In this document: positions 26,501 through 39,179 of the stretch, piece after piece
Layout: each line of letters opens with the position of its first letter
How positions within the stretch are numbered: position 1 is the stretch's first letter
NCBI RefSeq assembly: GCF_036321535.1
Contig: NC_087437.1
Coordinates: forward strand, 70,806,001 to 70,870,000
Direction of reading: 5' to 3'
DNA: 64,000 nt
Origin: Camelus dromedarius
Taxonomy: Eukaryota
Position numbers and translations under genes: made by a program
Notes under the pieces: generated by a model
What the model saw: the letters and a program-made list of their open reading frames with translations, nothing else
The model's database searches: none
Told to the model about the DNA's origin: nothing

Positions 26501-27949
26501 GTTATTGATTTATTCGTTTCAGTCCTCATTCATATTCCTATTCCTGTCCGTCCACCTAGGTAACCATATCTATTGCAGTTGGACCAATTTTGCATGAACG
26601 TGATGAGAAATGAAGTTAGAAAGGTAGTGAGGGATTGGGCCTCATACACCATGGTAAGCATCAGTGATGGGCAGAATCTTTGAAATCATAGCAAAATCCC
26701 TATTGCAGGATGACCAGATGAAACAGTTCCAGCCAAAGACTGGAAGCACAGATATAAGAGCCTGATTTAGGCTTTGTATCAAATATAAAATTTCCAACCA
26801 GTGTAGATAAAAACAGTGTCTCATTGGATTTTTGTTTTTCCTCTTGAACCAGTTTTGCCAGCCTAACACTCTCAGTTGGCTTACCTACGAGACACTTAGG
26901 GAGAAGTAGTGAATGTTTCAGAACTTTCATAAGGCCTTCAATCCAAAACCATAGGATTTAAGATACTTCAAACAAGAATTTTAAATACTAGATATGTTTT
27001 TCCTTGTGCTGCCTGTCCACTGTGCTAAGAATTACAGAATTCTTGGGCATTTAATAGCGTGTACATAAATCATACTGCAAAGGAAAGAGACTGAAAGTTC
27101 ACACAAGATGTGCACACTCTGTGACCAAGTCCTATCCAAATGAGCCAATTTGCCACACTTACTTTTGAGAATGAAAGAGATCTGATGGTTTGCCTAAAAT
27201 GGGACATTCAGAGGAGGTCATTTTCTTGTCCATTTATGTATAAATCTTTAAAACTTTGAAGCTATATACTAGTATAGCTGAGGGAAATAGCCCAGAATTT
27301 TTCTTATCACGTACCAGAGATGACAGACTTAAAATCTGATGGTTCTTTTGATAGCTTCTGAAAGAACTAGAACTTGTCTGGCTCCGTTTGTCTGGCCAAG
27401 ATGTATTTCTATGATTTATCCCTGGAGTTTTTAGCAGAACCTTACACTTACTGTCTAAATTAATGATATTCCCTTCTTTTGCCATAACAAAAATCACTCT
27501 ACACTATATACATTATGTTAAAGATTTTTTATTTTAGCATGTGGACATATTCTGTAAAAGCTTTTTCAGTTTCATCATGTTGACAAGCTGATTCCATTAA
27601 ATCACCCACCATCATCATGTTCACTTTTTTCTTTTCTTTTTTGAAAAGTTAGAAAACAGCGATCATCTTAAGAGTTTTCAAGGCATTCACTTTGGCAAAA
27701 ATAAATCTGGAAAAACATGAGCCTATTCCTTGAAATGGAAAAAGGATGGGTTATGTCATTCTTCTCATTGGCCCTTCTCTTGAAGCTGTTAAAGATGGGG
27801 AAGGAGGCTGTGGGTCTTTTATCTTTTTTTCCAGTAAAATGGGATTTCAAAAAATGTTTCTGGATATAGCTCAAACTTCACCTTCATATTTATTACGTAT
27901 TGTTATTTAAAATAGAAACTTCAATAAGTTGACTGAATAACGTGAAAGA

Positions 27950-28950
27950 GTTTAATTCAAGCTTTTCTGAGCATTTCTACACTGCTGACAAATGTTACTT
28001 GGTAATGTTTTAGGGTCACATTACTGTTGTGAATTAGAGCAGCTACATCATAGCTCTCCCACCACCATGCTTTACTCACTGAGAAGAAAAAAAAAAAAAA
28101 ACCCATCTGATCATGCTACTGCTGCTGGGTCATTTAGAACATTGACTGCATGTGTGAAATGATTTAAAAAAAAAAAAAAAAAAGCTCAGTATGGGGTTAA
28201 TTAGCTCTGTGGAGTTGTGGGTAGGTCACTTCCTCAGGACCAAATCCCACGCCGGAGGAAACCTGTATGTACAGACTTACAAAATTAAAAGAAAGCCACG
28301 AATCCTCAGACTCGGGGGCACAAATTGATTGCCTTTGTAGACGAGAAATATTGTGCAGTGAGTATTTTGGGCTTCAATGGTCAGAGATGAATGGACTTCC
28401 CTTGAAGTGTCTGGTGCAAGCCAGTGTCAGACACTGAAAATGAATCCGCGGCTTGAGAAGGATCCAGCGAATCCGGCACTTTCTGAAATTTACCTCTGCG
28501 GACTCTTTCTAAAATCATATCTTGATCAGTTTTTTTTTGTTTTTTTTTTTAATGTGCCTTATTTTCTAGGTCTCATCTTGGAAACAACATAATTTCCTGA
28601 AAGTATGGGTGAATCCTTTCTGTTTTCCTAATTGCGTTTCACAGGCCGCCACGGTTTCCTGCCTGCTGAGATCAGCTCAGCCAGGGTTTGGCCTGAAGGA
28701 TCCACGAAATTGTTTACAATCTCATCCTTTCATGAGGTGGGAGGTGAAAGAGGAGACAGAAAACATCCTCAATTCCTAGATCATTAATGAGTGAATACGA
28801 GAATTCAGGTATTTATCAGTAAATTTCACCTACAGGATTTTCTGGGGCGGAAAGATACTGTGAAAGCCTCCTTGAGCGCATGCTCCAAGGAGCCAGGGTC
28901 CAATGGAGATTAGCCAGGAGGAAATCACAGATGAAGAACATGTTAGTGCA
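27950..28950. promoter_or_regulatory. Candidate promoter/enhancer island
   Basis: Repeat-free with locally elevated CpG; ARE-like TGCTGGGTCAT 28123-28133, AGGTCA overlapping ETS/PU.1 CACTTCCTC 28223-28235, GC box 28844-28850, NRF1-like GCGCATGC 28876-28883, CCAAT 28900-28904, long poly(dA:dT) tracts. Confidence 0.5.
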
Positions 28951-31599
28951 AACCACTTACGTTTTCTTAGATTTCTACCTCAATTACTCTGACATCAGTA
29001 GGAACAACACTTCATAAACAGTATAGACAGAAAGTCCCAAAATGTTTATAACTTTTGAAAGAAATATACGTGTGTGTGTATACATGTATATTTAAATATC
29101 TTTATTCGCAGGTAAACTATAGGCATCAATGGCTTCTTGAGATGGGGAATCAGGTAACCCTCTTGGGCAGTAAAACTGAAAATTTTGAAGAGTCTATAGC
29201 AGAATCCACCACCACCACCACACACAAACTCATAATCACCAAATACCTCCTTAATTACCCGTGGAAAAACCCAAATTTGGTTAGATAAGAAAAAGTCAAT
29301 TTCCCTAAGAAGAAGTATTAAAGCACTTAAATTAATAACTTTTCAGATAACTGAGAGCAACTTGGGAAGAATGAAGAGCTGACATGGTCACCTTGGTTTT
29401 TATTCCTTCAACAGCCTGATGATAGGAATGTGGATGTGGAAATAGGAAGGAGCAGAGGGAGGGAGTCCAGGAGTAAGGTTTATGAATTCTAGCAACAACA
29501 TTGTCAGCTTATTGTACCACAGCCTTACCAGTTGCTGGTCAGCTTGACACCTTTGCAGTTCAATTCATTCCCGACGTTTAAAATAGTATAAGCTATGGCT
29601 ACGTGTACCAACCATTATGCTAGTTAGGTTGTCGAAGATAGCTTAACACTGACTTTATTTTCTGTACTGATACTGAACAAAATGTTTCTCTTGAAAGGTC
29701 TTAGACCTCTATCCTCCCAGCTCCTGATCACAGCAATAGCCAACCTCCAGAAGTCATTAGTGAAGACTAGAACAACATCCTATAACAAGTCAGCTCTGAA
29801 AAAAATTGGCATAGTTTATCTCTGATTTGTGTCCTTATGAAAATAATGGGTTGCAAAGTAAAACTACATTTCTCTGTCTCTATTTCTTTTTTTAACCAGA
29901 TCTTTACAAGTTACATTGGGACTGATTTTTTTTTTCCCTAAAAAAAGCTTAATAACAGTCAAAAGCTTTAGTAGCCAAAGTCCATCTTTAGAAATAGCTT
30001 TCTTCTATAATGTACTAACAATTTCTTATGTGTGTGTATTTTAACCTTTCTGATGCCTCTGCTGTGGGCTGTCTGTTAATTGGTACATGTTAGTGCTTTG
30101 CTTATAAGAGTTAGGCAATAGTTCGGTGATCCAGTCCAAAACCAGGCCATGGATAGAATGGGCTCATCTTCTATTTAAGAAATGTGGCAAACTGCTTTAA
30201 ATGAATTTGGTTCAGACCAGGTCATTGGAACTGTTCATTTAATCCTGTGTGCTGTATGTAATGGACACTTGTGCTGAGCTCCAAAGCTGCAAGGTAAATA
30301 GACAAGAAAGCCAGGAACTTGCCACCCCTGTTAGAGCTTTTCCTGAGTCTGTCGTTAGATTTACATTCTTACTCATATGGAGCCCATTTTGGCCACTTAG
30401 AGGTATTTGTTCACTGGTTCTCCTGATGTCTTTGAAGATAGTCCTGGGAATAATAATAATGAATTCTTATATTATTTTCTGGTCTTTTTTCTAGCTATTA
30501 AAAAAAGTGGATTTTGAGTTTATATGCATATTCATCACAGGTTAATAAAATATTCAGCTGAATTTCTTGGACATGAAAGAATTAGTTGTTAGGATGTTTT
30601 ACTCTAGCTAATCATTATGTTAAAACCATAGTAGATTCATGTATATTTTCCTCAATTCTGTTATAGTAATTGATATACACTTGGCAAACAGAATCAATAC
30701 TTAAGCACCGTATACACCATGTTGAATTTAGTGACTTACTTATAGACTTTTCTGTATTGCTTTATCCTCTTCAACCACAGAATGTCTTTTACTCAGCTAT
30801 ATTGTGATTCTGTACAATTTTGGGAGTCAACATGCTATGGGATTTTGTAGTCATATAGTGCAAAACAAGACTAGAGAAATCATTGAATTCATGCTCCTGA
30901 CTGGAGGCAGAGCTGCATTTATTCCATCTGAAATAGATGAGGATCTTTCCTATTTTTAAATAGCCATGAAGATAGAAATTCCATAACTGCTCTTAGCCAT
31001 CTATTTAATTATTTACCACTTGTACATTGAGGATGTTCATCCTTAAGTCTTAACTTAAATTCTTCACTGGACAGTTTAATATCATTTTGCCCTAGGACAA
31101 AACTGCCTATCATTATCCTCTTTATAACAACTCTTCTTATAGTCAGAAAACTGTGAAGATACACCTCAGCTCTTTATTTCCTAAGTGAAATTATTTTTTT
31201 AAACATTTACTTTTGTTTTTATAGCTCTTTCTGTACAAGTGTAGCAAAGGGGACCAATTTAAAAGTTCTGTCATATATGATGCCTCTGAGAAAGGCACTG
31301 CATATTTTAATTTCACTGTGCCATGTGGAAATAGCCACAGCTTTTTCATTATATGCTGATGGACAGAGCATTTGTGTTCATTTAACCTTGAGGTTGAAAC
31401 TTGTTCCCAAAAAAAGTAACTGACTCATAGCATCGGCCAGACCCAAGAATAAAGAGCATCAGTTTTCCTAATCTTAAAGCTCATCCTGCCCCCACCCCTA
31501 AAATGCACTAAAATTAACTTTTCCTTGACCTCTCTCTGGTGCTATTCGTTTACTGAATTAACAACTTTTTTCTATCATATTTGTCTCCTAAAATAGGTA

Positions 31600-31835
31600 G
31601 ACGGCATTTATTCATAAACACTGGAGTGTCATGCTGTGTTTAGGACACTGTGCTAGGCTTGGGAGATTCAGGTGTGGACTGTTCGCAAAGTCTCAGAGAC
31701 AAAGATGTCTTGGGCATATTCAGGGAGAGCAAATAGCCTGTCACAGTATGGAAGGAAGCAGTGGTGGGAAAAAAACAAAAGGGGTGGATTGGGGCCAGAT
31801 CGTGAAAGATCTGGGATTGCTCTTAAGCAAATAGT
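31600..31835 (-). mobile_element. L2 LINE fragment
   Basis: CATTTATTCATAAAC...GGACACTGTGCTAGG...GGGGCCAGATCGTGAAAG. Confidence 0.6.
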
Positions 31836-33814
31836 TGGTGGTGACAAGGACAAAAGTAACATTTTCCAATCTGTATCATGGAAAGCTCTTATCAAGTCTT
31901 TAAAACACAGACTGTGCCCACATTGTCCTCTTGATTTAGTACCTAAGAGACCATCAGGTAAAAGTACTTTCTTAATTTATATCTTTTGATTTTTTTATAT
32001 CATAATTTATATCATAATTTTTCCGTTTGTATTAAAAAAAATTCAAGGGAACCATTTGAGTGAAGACAGCCTTCTGTTCACAATGATCTGGATGTTTCTT
32101 TCTCCTGCTGTGCCCATATTTATTCCAAAGGCCTCTGTACCACTAACATGTTACTTTCTGTGTTTATATACCAAGGAGTCTTGGGATGGGTTTGCCCTAT
32201 AATAGGCACAACTATTTTTTTTTTCTTTTTGCTACCAAATGGCATTAATGGTAGGCTGTGAGCAGCATTACAACCAAGTGTTTCTACTTGATTGGACCAC
32301 ATGATGCCAGACCATTTCAGCAACGCCTAAAGGATATTAATGTACTGTAGTAAAATGTCCTGGTACACCAATCCACTTGGACCCTATAAAGCTATAACTT
32401 CAGGACTTTGAAATATGGAAGGAAAAGATGTTTGAAATCAGATTGTACAGGCTCCCAAATGTTATCATGCCATAGAGTTGGGTCTGTTTTTGGAGCTGTA
32501 AGAAATCATTCTAAATATATTAAACAAATTCAGTCCCTGACACCACCTCCTGCTGTACCCTGCCCCCCTCCCAGCTCTTCTGCTTTTACTTCATTCTACT
32601 TTCTCAGGCTCTATGCCTGTAAGAATCAAGAAGGCTCAGGAGGATTTGTATACGATGGGGTGGAATGTCAAGTTGTATCTCAGCAATGTCTCAGGCTCGG
32701 AAACAGTCCCAGACCTGACTGCTGAACTGTAGTTTATGAATTCTCTCTTTTTGTTGATTGTTATTTCATCATCTAAATTTTTTAAATGAGGCATCATTCA
32801 GAGTTATCATAGCACATTAAGGACAGGTGAGGCATCACTGTGATTTCCCTATTGTTCTTCTTCAGATGGTCTTGAAAAGCAGACCCCAAGACATGAATGG
32901 CCATTTGTGGCATTTATAGTCAGTCTCCAGACTGACCAAAGTAGTGAAAGCACTTCAAGAAACTTGCAGGAGACCCCGCAGTACCTAGGGGGAAATTGCA
33001 CATGCTCTGTATGCATATCTGAATAATCCTTCCATCTGACTTTAACTAGTAAACCTTTTGCCAGATAGAAAGTAGAGAATTAAAAACCTCCAAATTCAGG
33101 GTGCATGAAATGTCATTAAATCTAGCATAAAATTTCTTGAATCTGTCAGATAAAGGAAATCATGTATCCAGAGTGAAGATGGAATATCAATTGACAGGAA
33201 CCTCTGAAGCTGGCACTTTTTCTGAGAGATGTATGAATATAAAAAATCCAAAAATGCCTCATCCTTTGAAAACACTGGAAGCCAGAAAGGTATTAGGAAA
33301 ATCAATAAGGTAAAAAATCTTCATACTACTATTTGGAATGACTCCCATGTAAGAATTAATTAACACAATACTTCTAGAACATTAAAAGGATCTTAAAATG
33401 TTATCTCTACCCATAGAAAACAGAGATATAAACCCACCTAACTGCTCAAGAGTAGTTGAAGAAATATGACTGGAAGGATTAAAGGCATGTCTAAGAGGTC
33501 ATTTCTGTCCCTGTTGTCACACAATTTACCCTCTTCAGATAGAAAGATACATGTTGAACTTCATTTCATCTGAATTCCTCAGTTCTGTCATCAGTGCTGT
33601 GACACATTCTAATTTTCTGATTCATTTGTGGTGAATAAATGCTCTCTTTTCTATTCACAATGCTAAAAGTAACCAATTTTTGTGAGTGAGTTATGATTAC
33701 TTATTTTCCATTTTTTATGGCATTATTATTTTCCCTTAGTAAAGTTCCTCTGACTCTTTCCCAGCCAACGTGAATCTCATGTGCAGAAAAGCCCTTGGAC
33801 AATACCACTGTCTA

Positions 33815-34250
33815 GGCTTGGAGTCAGTTGAGAGGAATGAGAGACTGACAACCCGGATTCCTTTTTTAACCCAGCCAGATACCTCAGCTGGCAAGTGGCT
33901 CAGCTTTCGCACCATAAAATGGGTATAATAATAGCTTTCCCTTACCACCGTGGAATATTTAGGATGCAAATCAAGCCAAACCCATCTCCTTCCAAAGAAG
34001 AAGCTTAAACTAGTCTACAAAATCCTGAATGAGCCCAGATTTCAAGGGGGAAACATAAAGTGGGAAACACCTAGAGGTTTTGTAACTTAGCGGTTACAAA
34101 TATGTAGACTTTGGAACAGTACAGACTTACTCAGATCCCAGCAACTGTCTGATTTAGGGTAAGTTTCCTAATTTCTCAAATCTCCCTTTTTTCTCTGGTA
34201 AATTGGAAGTAACAGTATGTACTCTTGTAGTCAGGATTAAATGATATACT
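33815..34250 (+). mobile_element. Two degenerate MIR fragments (about 33815-33975 and 34080-34250)
   Basis: CTCAGCTTTCGCACCATAAAATGGGTATAATAATAG and AGCGGTTAC...AGACTTTGGA...GGGTAAGTTTCCTAATTTCTC...AGGATTAAATGA. Confidence 0.6.
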
Positions 34251-36154
34251 GTTGACACTGCTTTTCAAACTCTTCCCAGAGGTGACCCTCAAGCTGGGGT
34301 GCTGGGACGTCGCCTGAAGCAGGCTGCTGCAAAGAAGACTTTTCAGTGAGGTCTCAGGTTTCACCCTAAAAATATGCACACGTTTTGCATTCTAAACCTC
34401 AATATATCCTTGTTTGTTTCGCTAAACTAGAAGTTCTGTGAGGACAAGGACGGCATCTGTTATTCTTTTCTATGATGTCGAGAAACAGCATTAGATAAAT
34501 GAAGACTGGTACAAATAAGAGTTTAAGTTACTTAGCCACAAGGACAACTGACCCGCTAGAGAGACAGCCATGTATTTATTACTCTGTGGCTTGGTGCATT
34601 CTCGTCACACTGCTCCACATCCTTGGGTATACCCAGATTCACACTTGAGAATTTCCTTAGGATGCCTGAAACCACAGAAGGTACCCAGTGAGTAGTGACT
34701 CTTATTATCATTTCTGTGCTCACTTCTCCTCTACCTCATTGCTCCTAAGGCTCTGTGGACTTTTTCAAAAAGAAATTATAAAGGTGTAGGAAAGGCAGAA
34801 TCCGGAAATCCTTTCAAGGAGTCTGTGTCTCTAGCCACACACACTCACCCACATAGAGCTCTATTTTCTATACATTGTATTTACTCCTGGCTTCAACTTT
34901 ATAGTCATTAAAACATCCTAGAGGCAATGAGCAGGGGGAACTGAAAAAGCATTTTCTCCCCTCTTTCCTTAGGATGAGGGTTACTAACCAGGATTTCTTG
35001 GAAGACCTGCATGGAGTCTGGGAGATGCTTGAAACTTGGTGTTTATGAGGAATTTCTGGGAGGAGGGATCTATATCACCTCAAAATATTGGGAACCATTG
35101 CCCTAGAACACTACAAACATGGAAATCAGAATTGACTAATCCTTAAGTTACAGTTAAAAATACTTTTAGTTCCTTGGAGATCAATACCATATAATAATTT
35201 CTACTCGGAAATTACAAAACTAAAATTAGGCTTCACCACATGTCATCCTTTCTCCCCCTCTCTATTCTTGCCTCCCTCACCATGTTTTAAGGCCCTGATT
35301 CTTTTGGGCTTTATAGTTCTATATTCATTATTAGATATTTGTGCTTTGAACCAAGCATGCTTAATGCAAATGTTTATTTAATCTTATGCAAAATTATTAT
35401 AGATAATTCTTTGCATTTCAAATGAAAACAATTTACAGACATATAAGGTGAATATCACTTAGGCAGAAAGGATACATATTAATAAAATAACAATTTGAAT
35501 TGAACAAAATAAACCCATGTAGATTAATACATATTTTCAAAATTGCATAGCAGATTATAATACAATCAAAAAACAGGGGCCTTTTGACATTTATGAACAT
35601 TTATAAATTGTGTAAGAACTATGAGATTAAATTTTTAGCCTTAATATTAAATTTGGTATAGATATTATTGTTTTTCATTAATAAATGAAGAGAATAATTA
35701 TATCCAATAAAATCTTCAACTTAACTTGGCTTTAATTTGTCTTAGACTGTGACATACACACTGTGATTTTTCTCTCCATCTTGGATTCCTGTCATTGACA
35801 GCCTGTGTGTCATTTGACATCCAGGAAAGAGAGCTTTTCATTCCAGACCTTGAATGTATTAGTCAATCTGGGTACAATTTACATTGATCTCTTTTGATCA
35901 CATCAAAAAATTAATTTTGACTGATTAAGTTGCATGAATAAATACTCCTTGAAATTCAGAAAGGAAAATTACATGCTTAGATATAAGAACATAAATATCA
36001 AATATAATTTTAAAAGAGCATAATTGTTATTGAGACTTATTGGGTTTATAACATGCAACAGAAAAATAAGTGAGCACATTTCATAGATAACCACTAATCA
36101 TATTTTTCTCCATTTCCTCAAAGTTTGGGAAAGAAAGCAAGCTCAAATAAGTTG

Positions 36155-36250
36155 GGAGAGGGAGGAAAAAAAAGAAAAGATGGAGGGAGGGAGGGAAGGA
36201 AGGAAGGAAGGAAAGAAGGAAGGATGAAAGCAAAGAAGGAATGAAGAAGA
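36155..36250. repeat. GA-rich / (GGAA)n low-complexity tract
   Basis: GGAGGGAGGGAGGGAAGGAAGGAAGGAAGGAAAGAAGGAAGG read directly. Confidence 0.9.
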
Positions 36251-37400
36251 TTTTAGAAGATGCACCAGTGCAATAGTCTAGGATCTTAGCTTGTAGAAGA
36301 GACTAAAATGTAGCAAAACTTAGAGCTATAAAGTCTTTGAAGACTAGTCATATATATATTTTTTTCTTTGTATATATATAAGTATTCCAAGTTTGTGTGT
36401 ACTTTCAATGAATCATACATAATCTAATTATCTTGATTAAAATTTTCATTAAACTCATCGATTTTGTGAAAAAAATTAAAAGCGTTGGAGACCCCCAACC
36501 TCTCTTGTGTTAGCCTGCATTATGATCCAGGCTGCAGATTTTCCTCTTAACTCTTATCCAAAGAGGAGAACACCATTCTTCACTCTTGCATGTTCATGGA
36601 ACTGAGTTTCACCTTGGCCATAAACGGAAAAGTTTTTCTTTGGTGGAACTTCCATGACGGTGCATTTGTCCAGAAAACTTACTGAGGAGTGAAATCTCTA
36701 ATTGCCAGTTTTCTTAGTCTTATTCTATGCTAAGTTATTTAATCAAATCCTTCTACTTGATCTCTTTTAATACAGTTTGTTTTGCACATTTCTGGAGGCC
36801 TTATGTGAAGTTGTTAAAATTATGGGTGTCAGAGAGACAAGAATTCAATCAGCTTATATTAGTCTTTGACATATTTGAGTGAGGTGAGGGTAAGGAGACC
36901 TGCTTTGTCTTCTCAGCATCCTTGTTTGGTTTATTAATTTCTCTTGGATCTTCTGTTACTTCAGTTTTATTCTTCTATAAGAAAAACTATCAAAACAATG
37001 GTGAGCAGGCCAGTCTCATAATTGCTTATTTAGCTTGTGTGTTGAAGATCACAAAGGAGAATTATCAGACTTGATATACAGAATGAGAAACTGTTAAGGT
37101 CAACTCCCCCAAACCTGAAGTTTCATCGTTAGAAATGTGTTTTGGGGGGACAGATGCTTACTTTTAAAATCATTTTGTCAGAGGGGACTTTCCTAGGCTG
37201 GTGAGAAGCGGTAGGCAAGGCAGTTGGGTCTTCAGCTAATGGTTGACAATGCATGGAGGTTTTGAATTTGTCCAGAGGATCTTCTGGGTATTAAACATAC
37301 TAAATCTGCCCTTAAAAGAACCAGAGTTTATTGGAGTTTGACTCATCTTTGTCACAATTAGCTAGGATCTGTCATGTGCGACATTGTTTACCCATTCTTG

Positions 37401-37586
37401 CCGTGTTGTCCAATGCATATGTAGGCAACGATGGCAATGTTCAATCTGCGAGGCAGCCCCTAGTCACAGGTGGCTGTGGAGCACTGGGAATATGGCTAAT
37501 AGACTGAGAAACATTCACATTTTTATTAAATTTTAAGTATTTTCAGTTTAAATAGATAAATGTGGCTGCTGAATTGAACAGCATAG
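37401..37586 (+). mobile_element. MER3 (hAT-Charlie MITE)
   Basis: GTGTTGTCCAAT...GATGGCAATGTTC...CTAGTCACAGGTGGCT..GAGCACT...GACTGAGAAAC...TTTAAATAG...ATGTGGCT...TTGAACAGCATAG. Confidence 0.8.
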
Positions 37587-38129
37587 CTCTAGAAAATGCT
37601 CATATGATTCGGATCACAATGAAGCTGACAAAGAAAGAGGTTGGCACTCCTTCTGTATTGGTCGATAAATAGCAGGAGGTCACACCTTTGGAAATTTTAT
37701 GAGACTGAAAATCTCCTTTTTCTTGGGCTACAAGTGAAAAATTGGGCCCCTACTGCTCATCCTTTAGGGCCAACCATCCTGTCTAAACCTAGGTTTGCTT
37801 TCCTTCTCCCCATAGTATCATTGGGTTTATTTTTAATTCCTTGTTTTGTCTTTGATTTTCAGATCCTTGACCATCAGTCTGTGGCCTGCCCCTTCTCTTT
37901 ATGTAAGTAAAAGTGGTTTCTTTACTTTTCAAAAAAAAAAAAAAGGTGCCAGATTTGGGAAATTTGGGTCTTTGTTGGCACGTTTTCCAGTTGAGTTTAT
38001 TGTGGTTTCCAATGCTGCTTCAGTGTGTAGTAGCTTCTTTCGTGTTTGGAGTTGATGCTGTTGGTGATGGTAGTAGTGGTAGTAGTTGCCATCGTGAGGG
38101 GCCTAGAAAGACCAGCGGCCCAAGCCACC

Positions 38130-38310
38130 CGACATATATAAAGACTGCCTTTGACTCAGCCACAGCTGCTGTTTGCAAAAGTCACTGCCCTTCTAAACTG
38201 CAGCTTACATTCTTGAGCCAGATACCAGCAGCAGCTGGGCTTTTGCTTCACTGCCAATCAATGGGCAATTATTTATTCTTCAGTTAAACACCCACCCCTA
38301 AATCCAATAG
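38130..38310. promoter_or_regulatory. TATA / AP-1 / E-box / CCAAT / CACCC module
   Basis: CATATATAAAG 38133-38143, TGACTCAGC 38152-38160, CAGCTG 38163-38168 and 38232-38237, CCAATCA 38254-38260, CACCCACCCC 38289-38298, CCAAT 38304-38308. Confidence 0.5.
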
Positions 38311-38445
38311 GTTTTAATTTCAACTTCTAGAGCAGAACTTTCATTTTGGGGACAAAATTTCTAATATCCTTTTATAGGGGGTACAAGACTGAAGTACAGA
38401 ACTTTAGCCATTTAGGCTAAAATTGTGTGTGAAATTGTAAAGTAC

Positions 38446-38475
38446 AAAAAAAAAAGAGAGAGAGAGAGAGAGAGA
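38446..38475. repeat. A10(GA)n microsatellite
   Basis: Read directly. Confidence 0.95.
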
Positions 38476-39179
38476 AATCCAGGATTATGTGTGCCAGGAG
38501 GTCTATAGAAGGTACCATTATGTTTTTAGAAAAGATGGAGGGTCATTTTGGGGGAGAAAAAGAAAAAAACACTGATTTCAGATGAAAAGAGAAAACATTT
38601 ATTATTAAAGCCCAAATCAGGCTGCACTGAGTGGGTTTGGATAAATGTTACCTTGAGCTGCTTGAAAGAGATTCTGGGGCAATGAACCCAGATAATCAAA
38701 GTCACTACATGAGGCACCACTGAAAAGATGCTACAGGTAGTGACAGTCACCTCGTGTGATAAATAATTATCAGCATCCTTCCAGCCGCATCTCACTCTCT
38801 GGTGAACACTGTCCCTTATTTACAACATTCTATCTTACCTCACGGACTCCTTCTCACTCCGAGATATTTCTTGTGTTGCAATCATTTGCACAGAGAGGGG
38901 GTTCCCATGGCTCTTTTGCTTGTGTGTGGCTTCCATGAACATTCCTAGAAGCTAGCTGCAAATATATTTAGGGGAGCAGAATCCTCCAAAGGATGCTCAG
39001 GCTGAAGTCTAAAGTGACAGTTATTTGACAGAGAAAGGAGATTGATTAAACTCCCCAAAGACTGGTGCTGTGTGTAATGCATTTATACAGCAGGGGTGGG
39101 TCCTTTCTGCCCCTGACAAGTCTTGTTTTTCCTCCTTCTCGGTGTTGATAGAGTGGGTCTGTCAGTGCTTTGGCGGGTG

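Noticed and set aside
28217..28228. ROR/REV-ERB response element
   Set aside because: TAGGTCA is present but lacks the required AT-rich 5' extension; kept only as a generic half-site.
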